Positions 8,983 to 17,787 of a stretch of 32,000 bases of DNA are shown piece by piece; the first letter of the stretch is position 1, and each line of letters begins with the position of its first letter. The position numbers were made by a program, and so were the translations under genes. Below the pieces are notes generated by a model that saw only the letters and a program-made list of their open reading frames with translations, was not told where the DNA came from and did no database searches. The DNA lies in NCBI RefSeq assembly GCF_000148385.1, contig NC_014537.1:1890001-1922000 (forward strand). Reading direction: 5' to 3'. This DNA comes from Vulcanisaeta distributa DSM 14429. GTDB taxonomy: Archaea > Thermoproteota > Thermoprotei > Thermoproteales > Thermocladiaceae.

Positions 8983-10761
8983 ATGTCTATGCCCAGGTGG
9001 GTCCGTAACCCACGCCTAATAGCCCTAGTGATGCTCTCGATGGCGGCCTTATCCATAACCATCATAGCCCTAGCCCAAGCCCAAGTATCAACTCAACCAA
9101 GGCTCTTCATGACGCTCGCAGGGCAGGCCTACGAAATAAACTACTACAACGTAACCATGCTCCCGGCACCCACGGTAGTAGTCCACGGCTACGTGAACGG
9201 GACTCCAGCCCCATTCACCGTAAGCCTATTCGCAATAACGCCGAGGAGGATATACACGGTGGGTTACTACTACGGAGTAGGTACAGTGAGCATAAACTTG
9301 ACTGGCGCAATAATGAGCGAGGTAGCCACTATCTGGCTAGACGAGTACGGTAATAACGTCATGCCGTCACTAATGGCCTTCATAACCTACGGAAGCAATA
9401 ACGAGACCTGGACCGTGATAGCGGCAATACCCTACAACCCAAGCTGGATAATCGAGAAAAAGCCTATAGAAATATCGATAAATGCGGAATTCAACAAAGT
9501 AAGGCCAGTCCACGCGATACCCCTCAAAGGCACCGCTGTGAAGGTAAGTACGCAGAGCACCCAGGCGGGTCAGGTCAATGGTAGTAATGACCCATTTGGA
9601 TTCACGTACGTAGGCAGTTGTTCATCAAGCAGTAACATTGCGTATCCACCAATACCGTCAAGTACCGAGACTGTTACTTACTATTGGGTCCTCGAGCAAT
9701 GTAGTGAGTTTGAGGGTGGCATACCCTTAATGTTCGTTGGTTGGGGTTCTGATTTATGGAACATCATTAACGCGGAAATAAAAATCAGTAATATTGGTGG
9801 GACTGCGCAAAAGGATTCAGGACTCTTTGGTGTGCTTAATGAGAGTGGTATAAATGTCCCTAACGGGCTTGTGCTTGTGGGCCCAACATACACATTCAGT
9901 AACACATATACAATTACTATGCCTAGTAGTATTACTGACGTATTTATTGAGTATGGCTCTTTAAATGAAGAGGTAAGCTCAGGCATTATTTATTACACCG
10001 TGCCGGGCAGTGGGTTTTTCTACATTGGCTTGCCCTCCTACGTCGCTTACGTGGCCTTCCAGGAATATGAAGCTACCTCATTTTATTCTGAGCCAACGGG
10101 CTTCTGGGCTAATGGTACGGAAACCCTGGCGCCGCTGCCCACGGACTTCTCCGGCTCATACCTCTACGTCTACCCATACCTGGACGTTGGCAATGGCTCA
10201 ATGACAGGCTCCTTCCTAGGCATAATCTATGTGGCGAGAAATTACGGAAAAATGCTCATCAACCTTGACGATGCATACTCAACAGTAAGCTCATACTGCG
10301 GGCCAGCACCACCGCTTACAGGGTATTCAGGTAATCAATACTACATAGGATACTCGTTGTCATCAATAACAAGTGCTTATAGCCCAAACATAATTGGCTG
10401 GGCATTTATGATAGGCGGTTTATTTGCCTTAGCAGCACCTGAAATAGCGGAGGCCATGGGTTTAAGTCAAACACTTTTAACATTCATAAAATACCTTAGC
10501 ATAGGGATTTCCTCAGCCTTAACCATAGCCGGCGCATTTGTGAATACGGCACTCGTGAACCAGTACAACTTTGGCCTAACCGCCACTGTGTACGTCTACT
10601 TACCGTCGCAGTATACGCCATTATACGTCACATTTATTGGAAGCCCAAAGGTAACGAGTACAAGTGGTTCACAGTCCCTCTATCCAATGGGTATTATTGT
10701 GAATTCCACGAATTATTACAACATGGGAGGATTAATCAGTGGATTACAATGTAATACATGA
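8983..10761 (+). CDS. large secreted/surface protein, probably N-glycosylated, with C-proximal TM helices; no recognised domain
   Basis: About 592 aa. N-terminal signal/anchor RLIALVMLSMAALSITIIALAQAQ. The body is Y/G/S/T/N-rich with many N-x-S/T sequons (NVT, NGT, NLT, NET, NGS, NES, NST). Hydrophobic helices occur near aa 475-530 (IIGWAFMIGGLFALAAP, YLSIGISSALTIAGAFV). Alternative starts are TTG 8980 and ATG 8989. Confidence 0.6.
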   Translation: MSMPRWVRNPRLIALVMLSMAALSITIIALAQAQVSTQPRLFMTLAGQAYEINYYNVTMLPAPTVVVHGYVNGTPAPFTVSLFAITPRRIYTVGYYYGVGTVSINLTGAIMSEVATIWLDEYGNNVMPSLMAFITYGSNNETWTVIAAIPYNPSWIIEKKPIEISINAEFNKVRPVHAIPLKGTAVKVSTQSTQAGQVNGSNDPFGFTYVGSCSSSSNIAYPPIPSSTETVTYYWVLEQCSEFEGGIPLMFVGWGSDLWNIINAEIKISNIGGTAQKDSGLFGVLNESGINVPNGLVLVGPTYTFSNTYTITMPSSITDVFIEYGSLNEEVSSGIIYYTVPGSGFFYIGLPSYVAYVAFQEYEATSFYSEPTGFWANGTETLAPLPTDFSGSYLYVYPYLDVGNGSMTGSFLGIIYVARNYGKMLINLDDAYSTVSSYCGPAPPLTGYSGNQYYIGYSLSSITSAYSPNIIGWAFMIGGLFALAAPEIAEAMGLSQTLLTFIKYLSIGISSALTIAGAFVNTALVNQYNFGLTATVYVYLPSQYTPLYVTFIGSPKVTSTSGSQSLYPMGIIVNSTNYYNMGGLISGLQCNT

Positions 10762-10874
10762 GCACGTAACTTCATATAACCATCATCTTAGCGAGTCTAA
10801 AATCAAATTACCATAATTCTTGACATTGGCTCATGAGGCAAAGATTAAAAAGGGAGCACGGGATTATTGATCTT

Positions 10875-10962
10875 GCGGGGGTGCCCGAGCCTGGTCAAAG
10901 GGGGCGGACTCAAGATCCGCTGGCGAAGGCCTGCGTGGGTTCGAATCCCACCCCCCGCACCA
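10875..10962 (+). tRNA. tRNA-Leu (anticodon CAA), class II, genomically encoded CCA, no intron
   Basis: Hand-folded cloverleaf. Acceptor GCGGGGG pairs with CCCCCGC. Anticodon stem GCGGA/UCCGC encloses loop CUCAAGA. The long variable arm is GGC-GAAG-GCC. T arm is GUGGG-UUCGAAU-CCCAC, followed by discriminator A and CCA. A/T box GATTAAAAA (10843-10851) lies about 28 nt upstream. Confidence 0.9.
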
Positions 10963-11155
10963 GTAATTAATCTTCATGACTTAGGTTATGCCTATAGTGT
11001 CATTTATTTCCTTGTTTTGTTCTATTCTTTGTTCGACTTAATTTAGTCTATTGTGTTTATTGCTTTGATTTTTAATCTTTATATACGCTTTTTAGTAATA
11101 TTTCAATTTTAATATATACGTAATGCTTAAAAAAGTTCTCAAAGAATAGGCTGCG

Positions 11156-11977
11156 ATGTCCGGTCTCGTGCTTCAAGTAACTACTTCAATAACTAGTGCC
11201 TTGTCTAGTATGTTGAGTGAGTTGATACTTGCTATACCATCTATAATACTTTTTATAATAATAGCATTGATAGGTTATGCGATAGCCGTTATTGTGGCTA
11301 GGGTTATTAAGAGACTTCTGCCTGCGTTGATTAAGCAGGCTGGTTTGAGCCCTGAGATTGTTAGTATTATTGCTGGTGCCGTTGAGGCCTTTATAATCCT
11401 GATAGCGCTTGCCATAGCCTTCTCAGTACTGAGTCTTGGGCCTGCCACTGTTTGGGTTGCGATGATTGCCAAGTACCTGCCATCATTGGCTGGTGCCATT
11501 ATCTTACTAACTCTGGGCTTATTGCTCGTTGATTTACTGGTTGATTACATGCAGAAGAAGATGGGTGCAACTGATGAGTTGCTTGCAACGATAATTAATG
11601 TGCTTAGGTTTGGTCTTTATGCTGTGATAATAACAATAGCCGCTAACCTGGCGATCTTCTACTGGATACCCAATATAAGCCCGTACCTATTCTACGACAT
11701 AATAATAGCGTCAATAATCCTACTCTTTAGCTTCAGCATTGTTAATAAGGCGATCAATGACATAAGTAAGGAGCACCCAGAGATGAAGGCTGTGCTCGGC
11801 TATGCAAGGTTAATTCTCTACGCAATCTTCATATTGGTCACCGTAGCCATTATCGTGCAGCCCTTCGCAAACATAACGCAGATAATCTACGCCATGGCAT
11901 GGGGCTTGGCAATAGCCTTTGGTATAATAGTGATACCATTAATATACGCACTTGCCAAGAGAATAGTGCAGACGTAA
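11156..11977 (+). CDS. polytopic membrane protein built from repeated TM-loop-TM modules (resembles the conserved-TM-helix / MscS N-terminal-like repeat)
   Basis: 273 aa, almost entirely hydrophobic. Three or four similar modules of about 65 aa are visible (e.g. ILFIIIALIGYAIAVIVARVIKRLLPALIKQAGLSPE...AFIILIALAIAF, then AIILLTLGLLLVDLLVDYMQKKMGATDELL...YAVIITIAANLAIF). No soluble domain. Confidence 0.55.
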   Translation: MSGLVLQVTTSITSALSSMLSELILAIPSIILFIIIALIGYAIAVIVARVIKRLLPALIKQAGLSPEIVSIIAGAVEAFIILIALAIAFSVLSLGPATVWVAMIAKYLPSLAGAIILLTLGLLLVDLLVDYMQKKMGATDELLATIINVLRFGLYAVIITIAANLAIFYWIPNISPYLFYDIIIASIILLFSFSIVNKAINDISKEHPEMKAVLGYARLILYAIFILVTVAIIVQPFANITQIIYAMAWGLAIAFGIIVIPLIYALAKRIVQT

Positions 11978-12001
11978 GTATACCACATCACGGCTTAAAA
12001 A

Positions 12002-12616
12002 TTAAAATTCGTCTATCTTTGGTAGTATGTTGATCCTCCTCTGAAGCTTTGCGTATATCTTTATCCAATCAATTTTGAATATCACGAAGGCGAGTGCCGT
12101 GAATAATACGGCCATGACTAACTGGAATGTTGATAAGGCCATGCTCGGTTTCAGTAATCCGTATAGCGATGAGAAGAGGAGGAGCTCTATTGGTATTTCC
12201 ACGGAGCCCTTTATTAGCTTGCCAATGAGTATGTAGGCATTTAGTTTTGCCAGGTTTATTGACGCCGCCCCAGTACTTATGTATAAATAATCGTCAAGGG
12301 GCAACCCAGGAAGTGCCGCCAATATTATCACTAAAACACAGAGTGGTGCCTTATTAGATAATAACATTATTAGCTTCACGGCGCTGGTCCTCCTGAGGGG
12401 CTTCCTTAATGCGTAACCTAGGGCGTAGGATACGTTCTTAGAAATTGAGGCGCCGATTGCCGTTACAGCAATTACCAGGACTACGTACTGCATCGGCGAT
12501 TTAATACCTAGTAACGTTAGTGCGGCATATACCGTGTATGCCTCTCCAAAGAATGGTAGTGCGTTGCCTATGAAGCTTATGAGGAAGTCCATTATTAATA
12601 GTGCTGTTATGTTCAT
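12002..12616 (-). CDS. DedA/VTT-like integral membrane protein
   Basis: 204 aa with 5-6 TM segments. FIGNALPFFGEAYTVYAAL and LPGLPLDDYLYISTGAASINLAKLNAYILIGKLIKG resemble the two re-entrant motifs of DedA/SNARE-associated (VTT) proteins. Its ATG is 5 nt downstream of the stop of 12622-14547, implying an operon. Confidence 0.5.
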   Translation of the reverse strand: MNITALLIMDFLISFIGNALPFFGEAYTVYAALTLLGIKSPMQYVVLVIAVTAIGASISKNVSYALGYALRKPLRRTSAVKLIMLLSNKAPLCVLVIILAALPGLPLDDYLYISTGAASINLAKLNAYILIGKLIKGSVEIPIELLLFSSLYGLLKPSMALSTFQLVMAVLFTALAFVIFKIDWIKIYAKLQRRINILPKIDEF

Positions 12617-12621
12617 TATAA

Positions 12622-14547
12622 TCAGGGTCTAGGTGTGGTTGTTTTTAGGCTTTTTATTGAGAATACCGCGATACCCACAGCCAGCGCGATTAATGCAATA
12701 CCCGCCGTTAAGGCCGCTGCATTGTAATTAGTTGATGGGTTGAGTGCTGGGTTTAATGATACATTGACGGTATTATTTACACTTATTGGTACTATACTCG
12801 ATATTGTGAATGCGGCGCTGCATGAGTTTGTTGATGATGCTAATTCATAGAGTGCCTGCGAGTATGAGGCCGCCAGTTCATAGAGCTGGAGTGCGGCTGC
12901 CAAGTCATTTACGTCCCCTGTTGAGTTGTATTCAGCTAGGTAATAATTGCCGAAGTCTATGTATGAAATCGCAAGCATTGGGAATAGGTTACAGTTGTTT
13001 TCTGCCTCATACGTATTAAACACCGCCAATTCCTTCACGTAATCCGTAATATTGACTAGGTATTGGGTATTTACCTGCCCATTTATCACGGGCGTAAATA
13101 ATAGGTGCAGCATCGCATCATTGCTCGATATGACGTCAAGACTCTGCGCAAGCGCCAATGGGTAAAGGCCATTTTGGTAATTATTCTGGGCTTCCTGAAC
13201 CTCCTGGGTTATGGAGTTCATGCCTTGAAGGAGGCTCGATGCGCCCACGGCATTTGATAGTGAAAGTGTGTACTCGGTTATTGACTGCGCGTACACCAGG
13301 TACATGCTTGTTAATTCCTCGAGGTAGTTCTCCGATATTGGCGCCCCACCCTTTATGGCGTTCAATACAGCCAGCCAATCACCCAGGGTCTCTATCCTAG
13401 CCTTGGCATAGGCGAGGTTACTTATCGCGTCACTAATATCATTGCTTGACAAGTCCTGTGATGCCGCGCTTAATGATTGCTGAGCATCGAATATCCTATC
13501 ATAAATACCGATCACTATGTCTATGTTCGCGGTAGTCACATTGTAATGCTGCAGCGTATTTTCATAGTACTGCAATTCATTACTTAATTGATTGAGTAAG
13601 CCCTCTAATTGCGAGGCCGTGTAATTCTGCATTTCGTCCTGGTAATAATTAATTAATCCCTGGAACCCAAGGCTTGCCGCCGTGTAGTACATGCCCTGGT
13701 TAGCGTAATTTATTGCCTCATTGATGTACTTGGAAACATTTGGGTCTGTGGAGTTTATGGCGCCCGTGCTCACTATCCTATTGTATATCCTCATCCATAG
13801 GAATTTAGTAACATTAACATATGCCTGAGTCTTAAGTGCCTGCGATGGTATTGCTGGTATTGACATGCTCACACCCGTGAAGTAGTAAATGGCTTGCCTA
13901 ACGTCCATAATGGGTATTACTTCAACGCCGAGGCTCCTTCCATAGCTTATTAAATTAATTACCTGCCCAGTGCTGGTTTGGTATATTTGTTGTCCATAGG
14001 GTATCAGCACTATTTCATAACCCTCCTGAGCCGCTGCCTTGATCTTAGCCGGTAAACCACCCACGGGCCCAATTGAGCCATCAGGCAGTATCATCCCGGT
14101 CATGGTGACGTCCGGGCTTAGAGTGTGGTTCGTTATTAACGCCCACATTGCAACCGTCATGTAACCACTCGCTGATGGACCACCTATCTCGAGGGTTGTC
14201 GGTTCAACGTTTATTAAGAAGTTATACTCATTGAATGGTTGATTTGCTAAGTACGTGGCGACTAACGCCGCTATCTGCGATGATGATAAGAATGTGCCAC
14301 TCTCTGCGGTTGGTAATGGGCTCGACGCAACGTATACATAGCCTGAGCCTGGCTTCATGGCCGTTACCGTTATATTGATTACAGCACCGCTGTTGTTCGA
14401 TGAGACGGCTAACGCATGTATGGTTATTGACCTAACATATACCGTTAATTCCTGCCACTCACCCGCTAATGCATACGTAAATACACTCAATGTCAAAGCT
14501 AACATTATTAATACTATAATGCCTAATGACTTGTTATGTCTTGCCAT
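12622..14547 (-). CDS. surface-anchored Lon-protease-like (MEROPS S16) serine peptidase domain without ATPase, fused to a long N/Q/Y/S-rich helical domain and a C-terminal TM anchor
   Basis: 641 aa. N-terminal signal/anchor LGIIVLIMLALTLSVFTYALA. The Lon proteolytic-domain pattern is IGGPSASGYMTVAMWALITNHTL...TMTGMILPDGSIGPVGGLPAKIKAAAQEGYEIVLIPYGQ. The candidate Ser125 codon is at 14173-14175 and the Lys168 codon at 14044-14046, exactly 43 residues apart as in the E. coli Lon S679/K722 dyad. C-terminal anchor AAALTAGIALIALAVGIAVFSI. Many N-x-S/T sequons. Confidence 0.75.
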   Translation of the reverse strand: MARHNKSLGIIVLIMLALTLSVFTYALAGEWQELTVYVRSITIHALAVSSNNSGAVINITVTAMKPGSGYVYVASSPLPTAESGTFLSSSQIAALVATYLANQPFNEYNFLINVEPTTLEIGGPSASGYMTVAMWALITNHTLSPDVTMTGMILPDGSIGPVGGLPAKIKAAAQEGYEIVLIPYGQQIYQTSTGQVINLISYGRSLGVEVIPIMDVRQAIYYFTGVSMSIPAIPSQALKTQAYVNVTKFLWMRIYNRIVSTGAINSTDPNVSKYINEAINYANQGMYYTAASLGFQGLINYYQDEMQNYTASQLEGLLNQLSNELQYYENTLQHYNVTTANIDIVIGIYDRIFDAQQSLSAASQDLSSNDISDAISNLAYAKARIETLGDWLAVLNAIKGGAPISENYLEELTSMYLVYAQSITEYTLSLSNAVGASSLLQGMNSITQEVQEAQNNYQNGLYPLALAQSLDVISSNDAMLHLLFTPVINGQVNTQYLVNITDYVKELAVFNTYEAENNCNLFPMLAISYIDFGNYYLAEYNSTGDVNDLAAALQLYELAASYSQALYELASSTNSCSAAFTISSIVPISVNNTVNVSLNPALNPSTNYNAAALTAGIALIALAVGIAVFSIKSLKTTTPRP

Positions 14548-14627
14548 ACAAGGTGACGGTGATTCCTTAATTAATAAAGCTTACACACTCAGTAGTGTTT
14601 AACTCATGGTGAGGTTAAAACCCCGTG

Positions 14628-15569
14628 TCATGCTAATAATGATATTAGCACCGCCTTAGCCGTATGCAGCCTATTCTCCGCCTGATCCCAAACAACGCTT
14701 TGTGGACCATCAATCACATCATCAGTGACCTCCTCACCCCTGTGGGCAGGTAGGCAGTGCATGAATACTGCCTGAGGACCTGCCTTCTTCATAACCTCTG
14801 CATTAACTTGGTATGGCCTAAATACCTTCTTTCTCTCTTCGGCCTCGGCCTCCATACCCATGCTAACCCAAACATCCGTGTACACCGCATCCACGCCCCT
14901 AACATCCTCAATATTATCGCTGATTACTATATTAGCGCCGGTCCTCCTTGAATCCTCAGTAAGCAATTCGGCGAATTTACTTGGCCAGTACTTCTTCGGG
15001 GATATTATCCTAACCTCCCAGCCGAGCTTGGCGCCTATTATCATTAATGAATGTGCCACGTTATTATCACCATCACCAACAAACGCCAACTTAATGCCAT
15101 CAAGCCGCCCCTTAACCTCCCACAATGTTAATGCGTCGGCCAGTACCTGTAATGGATGCTCCCTATCACTTAAGGCATTTATTACTGGCACCACCGCGTA
15201 TTTAGCCATTTCGATTAACGATTCATGCTTATACACCCTAGCCGCAATGGCATCCACAAACCTATCCACTACCCTTGCTGTGTCTGCTATGGTCTCACCA
15301 CGACCCAACTGAAGCTCCTGCGGATTTGAGTAAATTACGTGCATCCCTAACTGTGTTGCCGCCACATCGAGGCTGACCCTAGTCCTAGTGCTTGGCTTCT
15401 CAAAAATCATAAGTAATGTCTTACCCCTTAGCACATCGCTGTACCGCTCTCCCTGGTAATACCGGGACTTAAGATCCCTAGATAGGCCTAATAGGTATTT
15501 TATTTCGTCCGTTGTATAATCCATGAGTGTTATGAAGTCCCTACCCCTAAGTGACTTTATGTTAGTCAC
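14628..15569 (-). CDS. argF: ornithine carbamoyltransferase
   Basis: FEKPSTRTRVS (carbamoyl-phosphate site), DVWVSMG, HCLPAHRGEEVTDDVIDGPQSVVWDQAENRLH. I prefer the GTG at 15569 (M-TNIKSLRGRDFITLMDYT, colinear with known OTCase N-termini). Minus-strand A/T box CTTTAATACT (15591-15600) is centred 26 nt upstream of it. The track ORF extends to GTG 15611. Confidence 0.9.
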   Translation of the reverse strand: MTNIKSLRGRDFITLMDYTTDEIKYLLGLSRDLKSRYYQGERYSDVLRGKTLLMIFEKPSTRTRVSLDVAATQLGMHVIYSNPQELQLGRGETIADTARVVDRFVDAIAARVYKHESLIEMAKYAVVPVINALSDREHPLQVLADALTLWEVKGRLDGIKLAFVGDGDNNVAHSLMIIGAKLGWEVRIISPKKYWPSKFAELLTEDSRRTGANIVISDNIEDVRGVDAVYTDVWVSMGMEAEAEERKKVFRPYQVNAEVMKKAGPQAVFMHCLPAHRGEEVTDDVIDGPQSVVWDQAENRLHTAKAVLISLLA

Positions 15570-15649
15570 GATAAATAACTGCGTGGCTAGAGTATTAAAG
15601 CATGACCTCACGGCGTTAAGTTTTTATAGTGAGTACTCAGTCATGAGCC

Positions 15650-16759
15650 GTGGCTAAGAACAGGGATGAAGTACTTAAGGTTCTTGAGGATTGGGGTAAT
15701 TCCGTAACAAACACAATACTCAATAATGAGGAGCCAATCCTCGAAATACCATCGAGAACGCTCAGCAACACGATCTGGGACCCAAAGAAAAAGATGCTGG
15801 TGCTCGGCCCTGAGAAACTGAGGAGGAGATTCCTCGACCTCAAGGAGTCCAAGAGGTTCATGCAAACCATGCTAATGCTTAGGCTAATAGTTCAGGCGAT
15901 TAGGGAAGGCGTCTACCCAACAATAAGGGACCTATACTACAACGGTAAACACACCATGGAGTTTAAGGCGGACATAATAAATAAGGTCATTAGGGAAAAC
16001 ACGTGGGATGAACAGTCAGAGTCCAATGCGGTAATTGAGGATATTGAGGTGGCCACGGGAATACTCAGGGAGGAGATGGGGCTTTCGGCAGATGTTAAGG
16101 GTAAGGTTGTAGGGCCGATAATCGTTAGGTCAAAGGGCTTCGAGATTGACGCTACGAAACTTGGTGATACCGCATTGAGCCTTCCACCGAATCCGGACGA
16201 TCTAGACATTGTTAAGGTTGAGGCTAATTACGTGCTCGTTATTGAGAAGGACGCGATATTCCAAAGGCTCAATAGGGAGGGCTTCTGGAATAAGGAGAGT
16301 TGTCTATTAATTACGGCTAAGGGCATGCCTGATAGGGCAACGAGGAGGTTTGTTAGGAGACTTAATGAGGAATATGGGTTACCCGTTTACGTACTGACTG
16401 ACGGCGATCCATACGGGTGGTACATATACAGCGTTTATAAGAGTGGTTCGATAAAGCTCAGCTATGAGAGTGATAGGTTGGCGACGCCCGAGGCCAAGTT
16501 CGTGGGTGTTACAGCAACGGACATACGCACTTATAAGATTAGTGATGAGTACGTGATAAAGGCTACGGATAGGGATTTGAAGAGGGCCCAGGAATTACTC
16601 AGGTATCCCTGGTTCCAGAGTGATCATTGGAAGAAGGAGATTGAGCTCTTTCTAAGGACTAAGAAGAAGGTTGAGATTGAGGCCTTATCAACGCATGGCC
16701 TGAGGTTCCTCCATGATTACCTAATTGATAAGATACACGGTAATAAATTTATTGATTAA
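15650..16759 (+). CDS. top6A: DNA topoisomerase VI subunit A (Spo11 family)
   Basis: 369 aa. Signatures are TIRDLYY (catalytic Tyr region), YVLVIEKDAIFQRL, GMPDRATRRFVRRL and the Toprim DGDPYGWYIYSVYK. TTTTTATA at 15621-15628 is positioned for a leaderless GTG at 15650. Confidence 0.95.
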   Translation: MAKNRDEVLKVLEDWGNSVTNTILNNEEPILEIPSRTLSNTIWDPKKKMLVLGPEKLRRRFLDLKESKRFMQTMLMLRLIVQAIREGVYPTIRDLYYNGKHTMEFKADIINKVIRENTWDEQSESNAVIEDIEVATGILREEMGLSADVKGKVVGPIIVRSKGFEIDATKLGDTALSLPPNPDDLDIVKVEANYVLVIEKDAIFQRLNREGFWNKESCLLITAKGMPDRATRRFVRRLNEEYGLPVYVLTDGDPYGWYIYSVYKSGSIKLSYESDRLATPEAKFVGVTATDIRTYKISDEYVIKATDRDLKRAQELLRYPWFQSDHWKKEIELFLRTKKKVEIEALSTHGLRFLHDYLIDKIHGNKFID

Positions 16760-16815
16760 ACACAATTAATGCAGGAATAATCATTTTAAATGCGCAATTA
16801 GGTTGTGTCATCATA

Positions 16816-17787
16816 ATGTTAATTGATAATTATGGGAGACCCTGGTTGAAGCTTAGGATTGTGGTCAACAGCGTATGTAACTACAGATGTATCTTTTGTC
16901 ACTTTGAGGGGCAGGGCAAGTTTCTGAGTAGGGAGTTAAGTGCTGAGGACATTGGTTTTGTGGCATCTGTGGCTAAGGAGTTGGGTGTTGATGATTTTAA
17001 GATAACGGGTGGTGAGCCGTTGCTACGTAGGGATATTGTTAAGGTTGTGGATGAAATAAGTAAGGTTGGTCCTAAGGACCTATCATTAACAACCAATGGT
17101 TATTTACTTGATGTTTATGCCGAGGAACTGCTTAATCATGGGTTACGTAGATTAAACATATCTCTCCATTCATTAGATCGTAGGAAGTATAAGTTCATAA
17201 CTGGGGTTGATGCCTTAGATAAAGTTCTTGAGAATATTGATTATGTGAGCGGGCTGGGTTTTAAGCAAATAAAGCTAAACATGGTTGTACTAAGGGGGCT
17301 TAACACAGATGAGATACCAATGATGATAAGGTTTGCCGCTAAGTACGGCTTCGTCCTTCAGCTAATAGAGTTAATGCCCATGGGTGATGGCTTCCCCGTA
17401 TTTGCCAGGTACTACGATGACCTGAGCGACATAATTAATTGGTTGAATAAGCACGGTAAGTTGCTGGGGACTAGGAAGGATCTTCATAATAGGCCCATTT
17501 ACGAGGTTGACGGGGTTAAGGTTGAGATAGTTAAGAATTATAATAACCCAGCATTCTGTGCGGGATGTACGACGATGAGGTTAACAAGTGATGGTAGGTT
17601 AAAGACCTGCCTATACAAGGAGCCCGTGGTTGATCTATGGCCATACATAAAGGCAAGGGATAGGGAGGGTTTGATGAAGGCGATGATGTACGCGAACTCA
17701 CTAAGGAAGCCTAATTTCGTGGAGGGTGCATCTGGTGATTTGAGTAGGATAAGGATTAGGGTGCGTGTTGGGAGTCTCGTTTATTGA
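16816..17787 (+). CDS. moaA: GTP 3',8-cyclase MoaA (radical SAM, molybdenum cofactor biosynthesis)
   Basis: 323 aa. Radical-SAM cluster CNYRCIFCH, then KITGGEPLLRRD, LSLTTNG, NISLHSLD, and the C-terminal auxiliary cluster context FCAGCTTMRLTSDGRLKTCLY. Confidence 0.9.
   Translation: MLIDNYGRPWLKLRIVVNSVCNYRCIFCHFEGQGKFLSRELSAEDIGFVASVAKELGVDDFKITGGEPLLRRDIVKVVDEISKVGPKDLSLTTNGYLLDVYAEELLNHGLRRLNISLHSLDRRKYKFITGVDALDKVLENIDYVSGLGFKQIKLNMVVLRGLNTDEIPMMIRFAAKYGFVLQLIELMPMGDGFPVFARYYDDLSDIINWLNKHGKLLGTRKDLHNRPIYEVDGVKVEIVKNYNNPAFCAGCTTMRLTSDGRLKTCLYKEPVVDLWPYIKARDREGLMKAMMYANSLRKPNFVEGASGDLSRIRIRVRVGSLVY

Noticed and set aside
10875-11155. Possibility that tRNA-Leu is an integration site (att) for a mobile element carrying the downstream membrane genes.
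   Set aside because: I found no repeat of the tRNA 3' half (GGGTTCGAATCCCACCCCCCGCA) elsewhere in the window and no integrase gene. The downstream spacer is just T-rich, consistent with termination.
14637-14689. A plus-strand arrangement AAUGAUA, 12 nt, UAGC ... 12 nt, CUGA, antisense to the 3' end of argF, that looks like a C/D sRNA.
   Set aside because: The C box lacks the second GA (AUGAUAU against RUGAUGA) and the C' is unrecognisable, so no k-turn can form. It lies wholly inside a coding region.
15650-16759. top6A lacks an adjacent top6B, although the two subunit genes are contiguous in many archaea.
   Set aside because: Separation of the two genes occurs in several lineages. Nothing in the sequence suggests a rearrangement, and it cannot be evaluated without the rest of the genome.
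16760-16815. A minus-strand C-box-like AUGAUGA (complement of about 16806-16812) followed by AUGAUUA, which suggests a second C/D sRNA between top6A and moaA.
   Set aside because: No CUGA D box or D' box occurs at the required 12-nt spacing downstream on that strand. The region is better explained as the moaA promoter (CATTTTAAATG).
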